From NCBI RefSeq assembly GCF_022539665.2, contig NC_081333.1:8680001-8744000 (forward strand): 64,000 nt of DNA, read 5' to 3'. Position 1 is the first letter of the stretch. Every line of letters begins with the position of its first letter. Under the pieces are notes generated by a model. That model worked only from the letters and a program-made list of their open reading frames with translations, had not been told where the DNA came from and searched no databases. Source of the stretch: Daphnia carinata. Its lineage: Eukaryota. The translations under genes and the position numbers were made by a program. This document shows, in pieces, positions 60,352-64,000 of this stretch.

Positions 60352-63300
60352 GTCAGATTCTACTGTCTCATAACATACACTACAAGTTGCCACCATAAGG
60401 TCCCATTGATAAACGTCCACACTTAATGAACGCGTCAACGGCCTGGTAATTCAAATGTCATTTTTGACAGTCCAGACGCGGACACAGTTTTACGTTGAGT
60501 TACGTCACTGTCTTGGCTTACACGTCACCAAAGCTGCCATATGAATTATAGACTACGATTGAATTTAATAAGGAAGAGCACGTAAAAAATAACATGAGCC
60601 CCCATGATATTTCACTATAATACTGTGCGGACCAATCGCGAACGGTGGGCAATTGTTAGCAGCCATTCCGTCTTTGCCGTCGCTGCATTCGTGTGTACAT
60701 GTGATACGATTGCGTGGAGGGGGATCGAGGTCCACTACGTGCACATTGTAACAAAGATATTTTGGAGGGATGAGGGGGGGGACCTTCTGCTTCTGACGTC
60801 CCAACACTCGCCGACACGATTGGGTCGCCATAACGTATACGGAGAGTTGTGTCTTGTTGGACCAAAAAATGTTATTATAGTGGCGACGGCCAGTTGTCGT
60901 TGAGAGGTCGACAAATATCAAATCAAAACATCAGGCATAAAAGCGAGGCAAACAAGTTCGAAATTGAGGAATGAAAATAATAAAATAAACATTCCACCAA
61001 TAATAAATAGTGTCACATCAAGTAACGATTTGTTATACAGTAGATTGTAAACAACGAACTGTTTACTTTAAAAAAAAAAGGAAATAAAATGAAAAATGTA
61101 TAGGCAAATATTCTAGAGTGAGGTACCAGATCGAGCATGATTGCGTTACGCATACAAACATAGCCGGAGGCAAGGCGAAAACCAAATTTGCCTATAGATG
61201 AATACCCACACACACGAGAATCCCATCCTACCCCGGGAATATACAAAAACGAAAAACGAATTGAAAATGAGGATATACCCCAGAAGGATGTAATTTATGT
61301 TCTCTTATCGAACTTTTCTTATGGCCAGTCAATGAAAAAAAAAAAAAAAAGCTAAAAAAGAAAACAAAAACATGTTTGATTTGTTTGCCTTTCTTTTGCA
61401 ATGGTAAGTGAAACAAGGACTGTTTTATTGGCTAGCACTAGACTTGAGCGGGTTTTTTTTTCCTAGTTGAAGTGTTCGCGGGTCGATGATGAACACGTCG
61501 GCACGTGGGGAAATGAAAGAAAAACTTTTGCCAAGTTGTTGATAAACGACTCTTGCCACAACAGGCAACAACTTTTGAGTTGGCTTGCTCCAACAATAGA
61601 TCTGCGATAGTCTTCTATACAATACACAAAAGTAAGAGTAACTAAATCCTTTTGATTGAAAAAGAAAAACCATTTTTCTCTCTCTCTCTCTCTCTTTTTG
61701 ATAATGTTATTTCATTTATTTCATCTGATGATAGAACTGGCCAATTGTTAAAAGCAGCAAAGTTTATCCTATTATAAACAAAAAACAGTAGCTACATTTT
61801 TCCTATTTTTTTTTTTTTCAAACGATATCTATTCACCCCTTGTTTTGTTTGTTTTTTATACTTCCTCACTCAATCTTTTGCGTGTCTCCCACGACTCCCT
61901 TTCACCAGATCAATGGCGGAAAAAAAAGACGATCGTGGTATTATAACGCTGGCCGTGATTTATATTTGCTGCTTTTCCTCTTGCTTTGCTCTATTCGCGA
62001 CGCTCTTCGCCCTGCATTTATTATTCTAACCTAGTCTAGCATAAAAAGTTATTTTCCTCTTTTAAAGAAAACGCTTTCAAAACGTCAACAGAATCCAAGC
62101 GTAAATAAATAAATACAAAAATAAGGAGAAAAAACAACAAGGGAAGACCCTCCCACGATAAAAGAAAAACGCTTGTATAAAACGTTTCGCGCATTTCCTG
62201 GTACAGAAAGACGCGAGTAAAGTCTTTTGAGGCAGATTCACGAGAAAAGACGCTGCCTGAATGGGCGAATAGGAACCCCCCGAAAAAACATTGGATTTTC
62301 ATATCGCGGGAGGCAAAACCGCCAGATGCGATTCAAAAATATGGGAGGCACGTCAAAAGCCAACGACATACAACAAAATAATAATAAATAAATAACTAAA
62401 AAAAAAAAGAAAAAAAGAAAACAGCTGTCTACAGGCCTAATACATATATGATGAAGGGAGATGAGAGACAGACCTTAATAATGAAATACCGAAAAAAAGG
62501 CTACAGAGCCAACCGCCCCAAAAAAAAGTTGATTGCAGCTTTTCAAAGTTGCGGCTGTTATTGCCTTCGAGCCATCGAGCCCAGTTGTTTGCAACTACGT
62601 TGCTATAACACACACACACACATACACACACACAAAGGGGAAAGAGATCTAGTCATTATTACAAGCTAGCGGAGCCAGGTGGAAAGAACCTTGACACGAG
62701 GCGTGAATCATCAATACCATGTCAATTTTTTATGTCTGCGGGGGAGTTTTCCAATTGCAAACCTATATAATAAGACATTCGATAGACCGTCGAACACGAT
62801 CATCCGACACGGAGTTGATTTTCCCGAACGTCCCGCAACGAAGGGCAGTAGCTCGTTCAGCCCTTAAGAATCGTATTCATCTGCACGATATGTTTGATAA
62901 CAAGTCCTTCTTTAGTACACGACGGCGGCGATTTACAATGATTTTTTTTTAATATTTTATATTTAAGGTTTCTTATGTTGCCCTGGAGACCGTTGCCAAG
63001 GGGATAGCGTCAAATGTCACCTAAAGACGAATTTGATCTAATTGGCATTTTTACAATCAAAAAGGCTGTTTGTAAGGGGTTTGCTTTTGGCAAGGGACGT
63101 TCTTCTTTGCGAAGGTATTGTTTTGATGCAGCTGGTTGACGATTACAAGGGGTAACACAAAGAGACTGACGCTAGCGGGAAACAAGACCGCATTTCTATT
63201 AAGTTATGTAATGGGCACGAGTTACGTATAAGATGTACGTCGTTGCAATTTCGAACCGTTGCCATGCAGGTAGTAATCAATGTGGAGTAGGAAGAGCTTG

Positions 63301-64000
63301 GGCTGCTGGACAAATATTCACCCATTCCACGAGTATTTCAAAATTTTAGTGAGGGCAACGGGGACGACTGAAATACTCGGCCGCTAACATACTCGCTAAA
63401 TCTGTATGAAAGCGTCTTATCATCTACATTTCTAATGAGTTCCGCACATTATTCAGAGGTTTTTGTTTCTTGTTTGGAATTTGAAATGCAAAAAGACGAA
63501 CAATGTTAAAAGGCCTGCAGATAATTCGAGTACATCAACAAAACCATTTGCATTCGTCATCTTAAGCAATATTTCATTAGTGTGACTGAATTAGTTTTAA
63601 TGTTCGTTTTGTCCAATTAGAAGATACCGAGAAATGTCCATTCTAATCCTCCCCCTCATGCAATTAGTGAAGCTAGCAAGAAACATTAGCCAGAATGGAA
63701 TTAAGTAAAAAGACATTGATGTTCAAGACACGACAAAGATCCATCGACATTTAACGAAATTTCGAAAAGTTTTCAAGTCTCTAATCTTTAACGGTAAAAA
63801 ATGTCGCTGTTCAATTTCACAAAAAAGTTTGAATTTCCTTCAAAACGACAAGAAAAAAATGAACTAACGGCTCTTGTAATGTCACAACTCAATTAAATGC
63901 TAGTGCAGCACGGCGATTTACTGGGGCACGTTTGCACACACTACACTCGTTAAACTTGTTGAACAAAACGCTGTGTGCAGCCAAGTTAAAAAAACAAGAA

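Noticed and set aside
1..64000. CRISPR array or prokaryotic defence system
   Set aside because: The sequence is intron-rich eukaryotic DNA with no regularly spaced repeat-spacer array.

Overview
Compact eukaryotic, arthropod-type genomic DNA with many introns of about 55-75 nt. The intron size and gene density suggest a cladoceran such as Daphnia, but that is inference. Recognisable genes: 3' end of an E2F1/2/3-class factor, CCDC22, an INF2-type formin, a Maf-family pyrophosphatase, TRAPPC2 (sedlin), a CBR1-like carbonyl reductase, lipoyl synthase, calnexin, PIBF1/CEP90-like, TBCK, PRCP, a short PX+LRR nischarin, and the 5' part of an orphan Thr-rich secreted or membrane protein. Positions about 1.9-19 kb form an accessory block. 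It holds two tandem paralogues of a large acidic protein, one of which looks like an RTP/zf-3CxxC domain split by a ~780-aa insertion. It also holds pseudogene relics, a MITE, and a ~5-kb palindrome associated with three copies of a structured 357-bp unit and tRNA-like relics. Best leads: three in-frame alternative transmembrane exons in calnexin, the split RTP-like protein, the palindrome system, and overlapping stop codons of the convergent Maf and TRAPPC2 genes. Exon structures and homologies were read by eye; no database searches were run.
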